Both the position numbers and the translations under genes were made by a program. A DNA stretch of 64,000 bases from Pseudogymnoascus verrucosus (lineage: Eukaryota): assembly GCA_001662655.1 (NCBI GenBank), contig KV460211.1; one strand, 5' to 3'. Of the stretch, positions 38,325 through 50,923 are shown one piece after another (within the stretch, counting starts at the first letter, position 1; every line of letters starts with the position of its first letter). The notes under the pieces were generated by a model. It did no database searches. It was given only the letters and a program-made list of their open reading frames with translations, and had not been told where the DNA came from.

Positions 38325-38631
38325 TCGAGCGCGGTGGCTATGCCGTCTGCGTGGAAGGGTTAGAGGGAGTTGTGGGTTGGTGCTCAGGGGGTTGGAGTTG
38401 GAGATGTCAGGAGGGGAACAGCTTGGATGAAGTAGTACATATGATAGGGACAAAGTATATATGTTATTGGAAAGTCTTTGCTACTACGAGATATATGATA
38501 GTGGCTAGATATATGCCAGTATATGGATACATTCCTTGCAATATAGCCTTTGCGCTCAGCAACCCCCCCATTATCTTCTCATGCCAGTCAGCCATAAGCC
38601 AATACCTAGCACATCTCCAAACCACCCTTCA

Positions 38632-40324
38632 TCACATCCTCACCCCCAAAACACATAACCTCCCCACCTCTCCCGCCCATCCCATCAAAAAACTAAACCT
38701 CAACCCCGTAATCCACTCTTGCAACTCTCTCACCCCATTTATATCCACCGTATCCCCAACCCCTTTCTTGGAGCTTAGTACCCCCACTGCCCCAGCCTCC
38801 CCAAGAAGTTCTTTCCACGCTTTTGGCGTCCATTGTAGCTTCTCTGCTTCGAGTGCGCGGGTCTCGTCGAGCAATGATCCTATTACGGCTGGGTTGATGG
38901 ATAGGGTTTGGACGGTGCCGCAGGTGAGGCATGGGGTAGTGGGTTCGAGGGAGTATATCGGGATGCCGCAACTATGGCGATAGTTAGTTTACCAATCCAC
39001 AGAAACGTATGCAACAACAAAGGGACACAGTGAGGAAAGACATAATATGCCTTACCATTCCCCAACCGCCGCCATACCCCTCCACACAACCCTCACAAGA
39101 TTCACCTGCCCAACCACCAAACTCAACCACATCGTCCACACCCCTTCCTCCTCCCGCACCCTCTCCTCCAACTCAGCAAGAGTATACAAACCTGCCTCCC
39201 CAACCGTCTTCTCGAACATTTCCATCACTTTGTCCGGAACCTCCTGCCTCTTGGTACTCACCCTCCTCTCCCTCTCCGCCCACCTCCTCAACCCCTCCAC
39301 CCCCCCAACCTCCGGCTCCGCATCCACCAAACTCTCTTGTCCAAGTGAAATACATGCCTTCTCTCCCCCTCTCTTCATCGTCGCCCCCGTAATCAACAGC
39401 ACAGTCCCAACCTTAAACGGCACCGTCGCGTGGTCAAAAAGGGTTAATTTGCACTCCCCCGTCCGATCCGCCAATACCAGTTCCGAGACCACGAAGTCGG
39501 TCATCCGCGCTGGGTGTTCAGGGCTGGAAGGGTCCTTCTTCTGGACTTTCCGCGAGGGGTGGATGGCTGTTAAGACGAGGAGGAGGCGCGCGGTGGGGAG
39601 CTCGTGGCCGCTGGCGAGGAAGGAGGAGAGGGTCATGAGGTCGGAGGGGGAGGAGAGGGGTGTGCGGTAGAGAGAGGGGGAGAAGGTGGGGGGGTGGAGG
39701 ATGAGGTGGGCGCCGGAGTCGCGGCCGGAGAAGATGGAGGTTCCGAGGGGGGTAGAGAGGTGGAGGGGAATGGTGGTGGGGGTGGGTGGGGAGAGGGGAG
39801 GAGAGGGGGTGAAGAGGAGGGAGGAGGCGCGGACGAGGTGGGGGGTGTAGATTGTGATGAGTTGGGTGAGGTGGAGGGGTGGCGGGAGGGGGGAGAAGTA
39901 GAGTTTTACCTATATTATGGTCTGGTTAGCTGGGCTTGTCTCTGTATTCCTTTCGATGGCAATACCACGGGATGAAAAGGAGAGATCGGGAAAGGGGTAG
40001 ACCAACATAAATCCCACCCGTGCCATCATGCACCACCATGCCCACCCATCCTTTCGCTGCACTCACGCGTTTGCTCTTCCCATATGTTACCCTGAAGTTG
40101 GCGATTCGGCCTTGGAAACGGACTGGTCGTGAGCCAGCGGTGAGAGCGACAATAGCGTGTTGTGTGTATGTTCGTGTAGGGGCGAAAGGGGTATAAAGCG
40201 GGTCTGTGGATGAGTCGATGGATGGGTCGGTGGGAATGAAACCGTCGCCTGGGTAGGAGGGTGTGGTGTTGTTGGGTGGAGAGATGGGTTTGAAGAAGGA
40301 GTGGATGGTGGGTGAGGATGGCAT
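38632..40324 (-). CDS. Multi-OB-fold nucleic-acid-binding protein (RPA1/MEIOB-like); introns about 39910-40006 and 38972-39056
   Basis: Spliced product VRFQGRIAN..VHDGTGGIY|VKLY..LITIYTP, LVLADRTGECKLTLFD, ECCGIPIY..PCLTCG zinc-ribbon, LLDETR. Confidence 0.65.
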
Positions 40325-40776
40325 TGTGTGGTCTGTGATAAAAATGCTCCTTTGTTTGTAGGATAGATAGGATATATTTGAGCTTCAGACAAGGTTGAAA
40401 ACAAGAATAAGAAGAAGAAGATGCAAACGGATGGTAAGAGGATAAAGACGCTTGCTGAGGGAAGACTTGTACGTCTTATGGAATAAGTGAGATACTGGGA
40501 CAAGTGAGAGAGTGTCTGACAAACGTGAACTGAAACATATAATACCCTAGACCTTATACCATCATTGGTAGAATATAGAACCTAATCTCGTAGTCTAGAC
40601 GTTTATAGGTGATGATTGAGGAGGAGGAGGAAAGAAGGTGAAGAAGGAGAGAACGGGAAGACGGTAAGACGTCCACATAAGCTGCATCCAACTCCCATCC
40701 CCCTCCCATCCCCTCCTCCCCTTCCCCCCCTCCATCCTCAGGCCAACACCCACAACCATTCAACCCAACACAGCCA

Positions 40777-41020
40777 TATAAAGCCCCTTAACTCTTCAAA
40801 ACCCAAGCGGCACAGTGGCGCAGTGGAAGTACCACTGTCAGGACAATCTGGCCAGGGGTGGATAAATAGGAGGTAAGCGGTTCGATTCCCCGCTATCCAA
40901 AAAAAGACAAAACCCAATCCTCGCGTTCCATCAACTCCAACTCCCAATTAAAGTAAAATCAAGTGATTTTCTACATCAGATCTCAGCCCACCACGAGATC
41001 TGATGGTCTTTTGCATTTTT
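40777..41020 (+). ncRNA. Candidate Pol III (type 2 promoter) ncRNA or tRNA-derived element
   Basis: TATAAA 40777-40782, A box TGGCGCAGTGG 40816-40826, B box GGTTCGATTCC 40879-40889, 11-bp hairpin 40974-41005, T4/T5 at 41009-41020. Does not fold into a full cloverleaf. Confidence 0.4.
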
Positions 41021-41719
41021 GATCTTTAAATCCTCCTTTTGGCGAGCTGGGGGGTGGTAGAGAGAGACGTCTGTTTGCATCAGATTCGCCTAGCCAAGGA
41101 GGCGGACGCGTTTGTTTGCTTCCCTTACTTCGTTTGAGAGCCTCATAACAGCAACGAAGATCTTTCTACAGGCATATCTCCCCTATTAGCCTTCTACGAT
41201 GTTCATGATATGATGGTATACTTTTATATCTTTTCGTCATTGTGGAATACACGTCGAGTAATGCTGAACGGACTCGTGATGGCGAATTAATTCAACCCCT
41301 CCACCACACGGACGGGAACAGACTGCCACTCAGCAAACGCAGAACCAGGCATTCTGATGGCAGCAATGATCCGACCTCAATGCTGGGAATGGTCAGTTCG
41401 TAGACCAAACCCACCAAGCTTCTACTATTCATGAGCAGCCTTCACTATGAGTATCACCATGATCAGAGAAAGTGAGAAACAAACGCAGTGAGTAGCAACC
41501 AGCACCTCGTGCCTCATATCGATTATTGATTATATGTACTTCAGATCCCATCATCCATCCATCCACAAACACATTAACTAATCTCCCCTCGCAATGCCAA
41601 ACAGCACCGGCCAAAACCCGCGAAACCATCCAACCCACCCGCACAAAACCTGCGAAAACAAAAGTAAGAATCGGGGTATACGCCACACACAACACACAAA
41701 ACCACAACCCTATCCCCGC

Positions 41720-44029
41720 TCAAATCATCATCAACCTCGTCGTCCTGCGCTCCATCCTCCCCATCCCTCCACCAACCCCAAGCATGCCTCCAGGGCCACC
41801 TCTCCCCCTCCCTCCCCGGCCCCTCGCCCTCATCTGCGCCCTCCTCATCGCATCCCTCTCACAATACACCCTCCCCCCCAGCTCAAAATACCCATCACTA
41901 ACCGGCCCCCTACAATCACTACAAACCAAACACCCAGGATGAAACTTCCTCCCCCCCATCCCCCCCCCTTTCGCCGTCTCCAAACACGGCCCCTCAATCC
42001 CGCCTCCACACCCACCACAACAACTCCCATTCAACCTATGATAATCCCGCGCGCAATACGGCGCATCATCCAGGACATAGAACGACGCCGTCGCAAACGG
42101 CGCCCGGCACGTCGTGCACGTAAAACACGCTTTGTGATAGTGCCCCGTCAGCCGCCCATCAGACGACGACAGCGACTTCCCCGTGATCGGCAGCTGGCAC
42201 GCCTTACACGCCCCCTTCGCCGTTGACGGGCGACGCGCGGGTGGTCCCGTGTGGGGGTTCATGGTGTCGGATGCTGCGGTGGAAGGACGGCGCGCGGGCG
42301 AGAAGGAGGGAGAGTGCGGTTGCGAGGGGTGGCGGAGGGAGGGGTTGGGTTGTTCGAGGCGCGGGGCGGATGGGCGGCGGGGGGAGTGGCCTTGTTGCGG
42401 GTTGTAGCGGCTGCCACTGCTGCTTTCGCGCGGGAGGCCGGGGGAGCGGAGTCCGGATTGGATTGCTGGGTCTGCGAACTCGGGGGAGAGGAGGGAGGGG
42501 TCTAGGTTCCTCCTTCCTCTCGCGTCTTGCACAGCGGGTTGTTGTTGTGGCTGTGGCTGCGGTACTGGCACCTCAGCGATGGCTTGCTCGAGGTCCTGCA
42601 TTAACCCGTCAAAACCGCCCATAGCGCTCTTCTCCTGCCTTCGTCGCGGCGGTTCGACCGATGACGGTGGGCTGGAGCGCGAGCTCGTCTTGCTGCGTGG
42701 GGAGTGGCTCGAGTCGCTGGAGGACTGCGAGACGGAGGGTGTGTGGAAGGGGTTTTGTGCACCGAACTCGGCGTCGAGGTTTATACCCGCTACGCTGCCT
42801 TGGCGTGCTAGCGGAGCTCCACGGGGTGGTGGAGGAGGTGTGATGGAGGGCAGGCGCGTGTGCGAGTCGCGCGGGGGGGAGGTGCGGACGAAGGTTGGGC
42901 CGTCGAAGGTGGTGGATGCGACGGTGGATGTTGAGGGGTGACGAGGGCGCGCGGACTCGGATGGTCGTCTCGGGAGGCCGACGAAGTTGCTTCCGCCTGG
43001 CGTGGCTTTTGGGAAGGTGTTGCTCCTGTTTGTGGGTGTGAGGGGCGGAGGCGCATCGAGTGATGACGATGATGAAGGTGGTGGCCCGAAGCCGCCATAG
43101 CCACCGGGGCGCTCGGTTCGGATAGGAATTGGAGGGATTTCGGAGCGCGGGGGTGAGCGCGAGGACATGGAAGACCCCGACGAGGTGCTACGGCCGTGGG
43201 CGCGGCCGTCGGTGGATTTCGCCCGCATATGATTCGGCTCTTCGTCTACCGCTTCCTCTGTACCCTCACGCTTGCCTCGACGTCCCTTGATATCAAACGG
43301 GCCGGGGGCAATGGTGTTCATCCTCTTCAACACCCCGCCGCCCTGGCCCAACCTCGGGCTCACCGGCGCATATCTCGGGTCCGCTTCAGCGTACTGCTGC
43401 GGCCTCGCGAGGTACGGGCTTTTCGGCGGCGGGAAGGGCGGGAACGAGCTATCGGCGTTTGTGGCGAGGAAGTCGGGGGAGGAGCGGTCGTTGATCTGTG
43501 TGCGAGCGGCGCCGAGGGCACGTGGGTAGGGCGAGCGTAGACCGTCGCTAGGGGTCATGGGGGAGGCGCTGCGGGACTCGCTGGAGGCTGAGACGGGGGT
43601 GAGTTGGTCGGGGCGGGTGAAGGGGCGGTCTGGGGAGGATGGTTAGCTTGTGTGTTTTCTGTGGTTGTGGAGATGGAGACGTACTGGCTGCTCTGGTGTC
43701 TACACGCGGCGGTGGTAGACGGGTGGATTTATATGCGCCGCTGTTGTCGGGCGGCGGGAGAGGTTTGCTATCGTATGGGGAGTATGTGGAATAGCCTTTT
43801 GAAGAAGGCTCTAGCGGCGGCGTGGCTATGGAGTTGTCAGTTACTGTCCTTCCCCCTTTCTCCGATGTCTTTGTTTCTCTCGCGTCCTGGAGCTTGGTGG
43901 TGGAATGGGAAGCTTACGCTCAGCAGGGCCGCAGACATGCTCGCCCATCATGGAGATCTCGATCTCCTGCGCACACATAGAGCACTTTATCGTCGGCAGG
44001 AAGCCTGACATCCTGCTGGTGTCCGCCAT
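41720..44029 (-). CDS. PXL1: Paxillin-like LIM-domain protein; exons 43918-44029, 43685-43825, 41720-43629
   Basis: N-terminal LPTIKCSMC..EHVC; two C-terminal LIM domains CKACQLPI..YHKACFTCTTC..YCARDY and CCGGCGGGI..FHPGCLVCSDC..YCERD; both introns canonical and in frame. Symbol tentative. Confidence 0.75.
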
Positions 44030-47000
44030 GGTCCTGCGCTCTCAGGTCTCCTATTCTGGATATTGCAACATGCGGCAGCGCTCCAGGCTAATAGTCCAGA
44101 TGCGCGGTGTGGGTTGTGAGCGAGCAGATTCGGAGAAGGCTACCTGCGCCTTTTGTTGTTGTTGTCGACTCTGTTGGTTGAGGTCTCCTTGGTAGGTTAG
44201 GGAGATACGAAGGAAACCAAGCACGATTATTGAAGCAAGGACGAAGAAATGTCTTGGTTTCCGGCACTTCAAGCAGAGGGTATGTACAGAAAAGTCTTTA
44301 ACAGCGGCAGTGGAATGCGCGACGGCGAGGTGCAGCTTAAACAATTGTTTGGAAACGTGGAGAGGGAGGTGGGTGTTACAGAGGTGTGTCGGGTGTGCAA
44401 CAGAAGGACGGTTCGACGGTCGACGGGCCTCTGGCGGTCCATATGCACGGAGGGTCTATGCACGGGAGAGACATATGCAGGTACCAGGTACCACACCACG
44501 GTGACACCCACAAGGTGCACGGATCACATGCTCAGTGCAGCGAGTAGGAGTTGAGGATTGGAGGAAGTTGAGGGGAGGGGCGAGAGGGAGAGAGGGGGAT
44601 TGGCGGTTGATGACAATCTGCGGTGTGTTGCTCTCGATGCTTGTAACTTCACGGGTTGCACTCTGTCGACCTCCTTTTTCGTTGTTCTCATATTAGGGAC
44701 AGTTAGAAAATCATCAGGAGTAACTCGACGAACACACAACGCCATTCTCATGCACATCATCAATATCACATCCCCATCTCCCACGCTCTAGAACTCTAGA
44801 ACTCTAGAACTCATCTCATCACACCAGCCCGCCGCCGTGCCAACGGTGGATGGTCGATGGTCCCATCTGCACGACATGGCATCCCCCATACAAAGGAGTC
44901 CATGGTGTAGTAATGACGCTCCCCTCCAGCCGTGATCACTTCCCCTTTCAGCCGCCCCAGGACCAGCCGGGTTAGCAGTGGGTCAGGATGGTGCGCATCA
45001 CCCGCCACCTCCGTCGCATCCAGACTGGTCCCCCGATGGGTCGCTATGGGGATTACAGTTGAGGGTTTACGAGATTAGGCCAGGATCCAATCCAGCTGGG
45101 GTGCTGACTGTAGATGGTGGTGGTGCGGCGAGGGCGATGGGGGTTGGGTGGGACGGTCCAGGGTAAGCGCTGTCATCTCCAGGGCTGGCTGTTCCTGGCC
45201 ACACGCTGTATGTTTCAGAGCGCCACAAGGGCAGGCAGGGTCCTGATTTGGACGGTGGTGAAGGCTGATGTTGAATGAGGAAATTGCTATGGTGGTGTGC
45301 AGTAAGTAAGCAGGTTATCGTGTTGTACCCGACTTCACGCACGACAGAAATATCCCTCTCTGTACCGGATTGACCGGACGGATGAGATACTCAAAAGAAC
45401 TCGAGTCCCTCTCGTTCATTAGCCGTCGTCTTTTTCGGAGATTTGATCTGTGCATCCCTTCCGCATTGGGACGACGCCACGATGGGTGGGATCGAGAAGG
45501 GGGGTGTGCTTCGGCTAGGACCGGGGGGGTCTTGTAACAACCCCCTATTGTTTGTTGGTCAGGGCGGCTATTTGGGATATTATGGGATGAAAGAGTAGAG
45601 TTATATATAATTGTGGGATTCCTGCATTATGGGTGCTATGGTTAAAATGTCACACGTGTGTTGGCAGGAATGAGAGAGCGGTGGATGAAGAAAAAATAAG
45701 TATGTAAGGGCAGGAAAAGAAGAGGTGTGAAGAATTTGGCTTCGGTTAGGTGCAGCACGGTCGCAGTGCAGGTACTGTGCAGCACCACTGCGAACCCCTT
45801 TTTTCACGTGTTTGCTCCATTCAGGGTCCTTGCTCGCGTGTGTAAACGGGGTACGGCATACATCGTACTTGCGTAATCCAGAAAGATAGAGATAAGAAGG
45901 AACGAACCAAGGAACGCCCGGATGCCGGAAGAGAAGAGAGGGCTTTCATAAACAGATGCCGCCATTAATCCCCTAGATCCAGTTTGCTGCACCAGACAAC
46001 ACAGCACAACACCGCACACGATATCAACACCGCACGCACACTGGATAAGGAATTATGGAGCCCCGGCGATCAACATATGCCGGTGTTTCTTGGAACCGCA
46101 ACGTTGCGCCCTCACCGCTCCTTCAACGCTGTTATTCCTCCGCTCTGGCCTCCTGCGGTTTCGCTGTAGCCTTGCTGGTGGTGCAGAATCTAACCCCTCG
46201 AACTTGCGGAATCTGGTACAAGATCTCTTCATGACAGCAGGCACTATTCCCGCTCAAGTAATCCGTGCACAACTGATCGGCTTTCCCCTCAATCCTCTCA
46301 ATAGGTGGGGGGGTGTTGTTGTCTGGCGATCAGTGCTCCGTTGTTGCTCCGTTTGCTCCTGATTGCTGCTGATTGTTGTGCTGGTCGTGTGTGTGATTTG
46401 GTGTGGTTTGGTGGTATTTTGGCGGTGTTTTTGTTGCTCTGAGCTGAGACAATTATCCGTCCCCCGCTGTTGTAATCATGATCACGTGACCACCACACAT
46501 GAAATTTTTGACAAGTTGGCGGAGGTGGGGGTGACCGCGGGGCTTTCCCCTCCTCAACCACCGGAACACCTGGAGATACTTTCAACAAACTCCACCATAG
46601 CCATTCTGCCTCCTAATGGACCAAATTAATATGAGAAAATTGTATAAAATCGTATAAAAAATAACAAAAAATACCATCACAACCGGAAAATGTTTAATAA
46701 AATGTCTTGGACGTACGCCAATTCACCCTTTCCGCGCGTCTTCTATACGTACACCTCTTTTGCTGCGTTACGTACTCTTCCATTTCCCTACTTTCCTGCC
46801 CCGCCAAATATGCACCACCACTTAGAGCCCAGCATGCTCCAATGACGCCTGCACTTTCCCGCCGATAGTGGAACAAAACCCACCATCCCACCTCACCAAA
46901 CCACCTGCTAGCTCCTCCGAACTTTCCCTGGGCTCCCGTACAACCGCACATTCCCAAAAACACACATAAACACCCCTCCTTCCCCTCTTCCGCTCTTCTT

Positions 47001-47163
47001 TCTCCTGTCTTCACCCACAAACACTTCTTCGATATAACCCAAAGCTTCAAAACTTCCAAACATTCTGATACACTTCAACCCTTACCTCAAAAACACCCAA
47101 TACCCGTCTTAAACCTGTTCTAGATCGTCGCTCCTGAGTGTCGATCTTCCTCAAGTCTTCAAG

Positions 47164-47344
47164 ACGTTTTCTAATCTCCTTAACTCGTACGTTCCCTTTC
47201 CTCTCGGAAGAATATGAAGAAGATGAAGAAGATGGAAGAAGAAGAAGAGCTCCAAACTGACTCCCTCACAGTATCCACCACCCGTTTGCTGGAGGCCGCA
47301 AGAGTGCTCCTGGTAGTTCATCGGATTTACCACACGTCAAATAA
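47164..47344 (+). promoter_or_regulatory. Spliced, ACG-initiated 31-codon uORF in the INO1 5' leader; exons 47164-47186 and 47272-47344
   Basis: ttcaagACG strong initiation context; intron GTACGT..AACTGAC..CACAG; peptide (M)FSNLLNSIHHPFAGGRKSAPGSSSDLPHVK; stop 79 nt upstream of the INO1 ATG. Confidence 0.7.
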
Positions 47345-47423
47345 TTAATCCAATACAACCAAGAACAACCAAACTCAAACCTCCACATATTTTAGTAGCT
47401 TACTACTTTTAACATACTAAAAT

Positions 47424-49016
47424 ATGGCACCACACGCTGACAATGGCACTGGTGTTGCAAACGGGAACGGTGCTTCCCCCGTCAAGGACCTTTTCACGGT
47501 CAACAGCCCAAACGTCGTGTACACCGACGAGACTATCAAGTCTAAGTACACGTACTGCACCACCTCTGTCTCTAAGGATGAGGCTGGCAAGTACGTTGCT
47601 ACCCCCAAGGAGACCGTCTACGACTTCAAGGTCGAGCGTGCCATCCCCAAGACCGGTATGATGCTGGTCGGTCTCGGTGGTAACAACGGTTCCACCGTCA
47701 CCGCTGGTATCATTGCCAACCGCCGCAACCTCACCTGGCCCACACGTGAGGGAAACCGTACTGCCAACTACTACGGTTCCGTCACCATGGCCTCCACCAT
47801 GAAGCTCGGTACGGATGCAAAGACCGCCAAGGATGTCAACATCCCCTTCCATGACGTTCTCCCCATGGTCCACCCCAACGACCTTGTCGTCGGCGGATGG
47901 GATATCAGCTCCATGAACCTGGCTGATGCCATGGACCGTGCTGCTGTCCTTGAGCCCACCCTCAAGGCCATGGTCAGCAAGGAGATGGCTGCCATGACCC
48001 CGCTCCCATCCATCTACTACCCGGATTTCATTGCCGCCAACCAGGAGGACCGTGCCGATAACCTCATTGCCGGCTCCAAGGCCTGCAACGAGCACGTCGA
48101 GAAGATCCGCAAGGACATTGCCGACTTCAAGGCCGCCAACAACCTTGACAAGGTCATTGTCATGTGGACTGCCAACACTGAGCGCTTTGCTGAGCTCATT
48201 CCTGGCATCAACGACACTGCCGACAACCTGTTGAAGGCCATCGCTGACGGACACGAGGAGGTTGCTCCTTCCACCGTCTTCGCTGTTGCCTGTATCCTCG
48301 ACAACGTGCCATTCATCAACGGCTCCCCCCAGAACACCTTCGTTCCGGGTGCCATTGACCTTGCCGAGAGACACGGTGCGTTCATCGGCGGTGACGACTT
48401 CAAGTCCGGGCAGACCAAGATGAAGTCCGCCCTCGTCGATTTCCTGATCAGCGCCGGTATCAAGCTCACCTCCATCGCCTCGTACAACCATCTTGGTAAC
48501 AACGACGGCAAGAACCTGAGCTCCCAGCGCCAGTTCCGCTCCAAGGAGATCTCCAAGTCCAACGTCGTCGACGACATGGTCGAGGCCAACCACATCCTGT
48601 ACAAGGAGGGTGAGCACCCCGACCACACCGTCGTGATCAAGTACATGCCCGCTGTTGGTGACAACAAGCGTGCCCTCGACGAGTACTACGCCGAGATCTT
48701 CATGGGCGGCCACCAGACCATCTCCCTCTTCAACGTGTGCGAGGACTCCCTCCTCGCCTCCCCGCTCATCATCGATCTCGTACTCATCGCCGAGCTCATG
48801 ACCCGTGTCTCCTGGAAGGCTGAGGGTGGCGAGTACAAGGGTTTCCACTCTGTTCTCAGCATCCTGTCCTACATGCTCAAGGCCCCGCTTGTGCCCAACG
48901 GAACCCCAGTTGTCAACGCCCTCGCTAAGCAGCGTGGTGCCTTGACCAACATCTTCCGTGCCTGCGTCGGTCTCCAGCCCGAGTCTGACATGACTCTTGA
49001 GCACAAGCTTTTCTAA
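47424..49016 (+). CDS. INO1: Inositol-3-phosphate synthase
   Basis: [55 protein letters not shown] signature motifs; strong codon bias. Confidence 0.98.
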   Translation: MAPHADNGTGVANGNGASPVKDLFTVNSPNVVYTDETIKSKYTYCTTSVSKDEAGKYVATPKETVYDFKVERAIPKTGMMLVGLGGNNGSTVTAGIIANRRNLTWPTREGNRTANYYGSVTMASTMKLGTDAKTAKDVNIPFHDVLPMVHPNDLVVGGWDISSMNLADAMDRAAVLEPTLKAMVSKEMAAMTPLPSIYYPDFIAANQEDRADNLIAGSKACNEHVEKIRKDIADFKAANNLDKVIVMWTANTERFAELIPGINDTADNLLKAIADGHEEVAPSTVFAVACILDNVPFINGSPQNTFVPGAIDLAERHGAFIGGDDFKSGQTKMKSALVDFLISAGIKLTSIASYNHLGNNDGKNLSSQRQFRSKEISKSNVVDDMVEANHILYKEGEHPDHTVVIKYMPAVGDNKRALDEYYAEIFMGGHQTISLFNVCEDSLLASPLIIDLVLIAELMTRVSWKAEGGEYKGFHSVLSILSYMLKAPLVPNGTPVVNALAKQRGALTNIFRACVGLQPESDMTLEHKLF

Positions 49017-50299
49017 GCTTGTTGTCCTGTCTTGACAATACGAGGTTGATATGCACAGCACCTGAGAAGGGATTTTTAATTCTGGGACCCCCTCTTTCTC
49101 CGCTTTTTGATGGACTGGATGGGTAGGCTTGAAAGGGCTTGCTTGTCCTTTTTGTCATGGGTGGTGATAGGGGAGTCGGTATGGAGATATGTTATAGCGA
49201 TGCCATGAGCCTGCTGTTCAGCAACGGTGTCTGGTGGTAGTTGCAGCCGCTCGTTTGTAGGTCCCTTTAGTAGGGGCTGAAAATTGAAGGTTGTGCGTTT
49301 GCAAAACATTTTGGTTTTTGATGATTGTGATATGATGTGATGTGATGTGAAGTCTTTTGTATGTGCTGTTGTAGTATTGTAAACCTGATCTGTTGTCTCA
49401 TGCTGGCTAAAATTGTAGGAGATTCTAAGAGGGACTGTCCGTAATATCAGTGCGTACAGCAACTGTAGTTTTGGTAAAGGTGTTCGGTCACTCAGGGTTA
49501 CAGTCAATAAGCCAGTTGCTCAAGACATGTTAAGTTAAGAGAGAAGTTAGATCCTATTAGCGCAAATTGCTGGTATGATACCTCATCCTTACGATCCGCT
49601 AGAGCATAGATATACGGTACGTATTTGCTTTGCTGTATGCCTCTTCCCTATGTACATTGTAGTAGATTTGTGGGAATGAGTTGAGACGGTTGGTAGGGTG
49701 TTGTATAATTCTTGTTTTATCATATTTGCATTTTAGGAATTTATATATATATACATGCAATTTAATTAAACCATATGTCCCCGCCACAAACCACACACTA
49801 TTTATCCTTTCATTATCTACTACCTTTCTTAGACCCTGTTTCATATTTGATTTACATCCTCTACTCACTAGGCCGAGGGGCAGTGGTTTCGCATCACGCC
49901 ACTCTAAGACCACAGCGTCCCTGTTCCTGACATGGCGCGACGAAAACCAAAATAGCCTCATCTGAAAGAGTGACTCTTAAACTAACTAAACAAACCACCC
50001 ATTAGCTCCCACATCGGGTAACTGACTAGTAGTGTAGTCTAAATTCTCATTCTGTCTATTCCAAAATGCCTTTATATAAACATCCCCATCCATCCAAGCA
50101 TCCTATTCTCCATCATCAAAGTCTCATCCGTCCTTGCTTGCCGCAACTTCTTTATTTATTTATTTTCCCTCGACCTGTTCGGAGCTGGTTTTACTCGACT
50201 CGACTAGATCAGGGATTATTATTATCAAAATACATCGCCTTGATCGGCCTGTAAGGTGAGATTGTGAGGCTTTGCAAGAGCCGCGAGCGACGCTTTTTC

Positions 50300-50923
50300 A
50301 TGATGCCCGCCTGGAGCTGTCACATGGGGGAGTCGTCCATAGAATCGCACCTCGCAGAATTGCAAATAGCAGAACTGCCCTCTGTAGAACTACTGTCCGC
50401 AGAGTCGCTTTTCGAAGAACCACCCTCCGAAGAATTGTCCTCTGAAGAATCGTCCTTTGTCGTCCACACTACGTCCTCGTTGCTGAATCCGGCTCTATCC
50501 TCGTCACCAAATCGCACTACAAGCCCCTATTTAGATAGAGCTGAACCGCAGCCACAGCTCAGTAGCCCTTGCTATTCGCCATTCGACCATCTACCTATGG
50601 AACTATTCCAACTCATAATCTCATTTCTCCCTCCTCTAGCCGCCGCTTCACTTAGCCTGACATGCCGGTCAGCCCAGTCTATCATCCGAACCAAATACTT
50701 CGATCAGCTCCAAGGAAAAGATTGGCGTAAGAGAAGACTTGAGTTCTTACATCTCCTAGCGAGAGGTCTGCCTGCCCACATCGTGTGCATTGCATGCGAA
50801 ACCCTCCACAGCCGTACACAGAAGCAACTCCACAAAGCGACGCCCTGCAAGAAAGAAGAGCGGACGGGGTGCCCAATTCTCTTCAGTCTATGGTCGTATG
50901 TGAAAGATACACGTGTAGTCTAA
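50300..50923 (+). pseudogene. Truncated F-box protein gene (left paralog)
   Basis: SPFDHLPMELFQLIISFLPPLAAASLSLTCR..LARGLPAHIVCIACETLH aligns with the 58.6-59.9 kb paralog, but similarity stops at the 47-bp repeat (50857) and the ORF ends shortly after. Confidence 0.65.
50857..50903 (+). repeat. 47-bp direct repeat, left copy
   Basis: agagcggacggggtgcccaattctcttcagtctatggtcgtatgtga, 45/47 identical to 57625-57671. Confidence 0.9.

Noticed and set aside
40808..40898. Intact tRNA gene
   Set aside because: A and B boxes are present but acceptor, anticodon and T stems do not pair properly; kept only as a Pol III-like candidate.
47409..49061. 550-aa antisense ORF covering INO1
   Set aside because: Mirror of strong C-ending codon bias in a highly expressed gene; no recognisable protein features.
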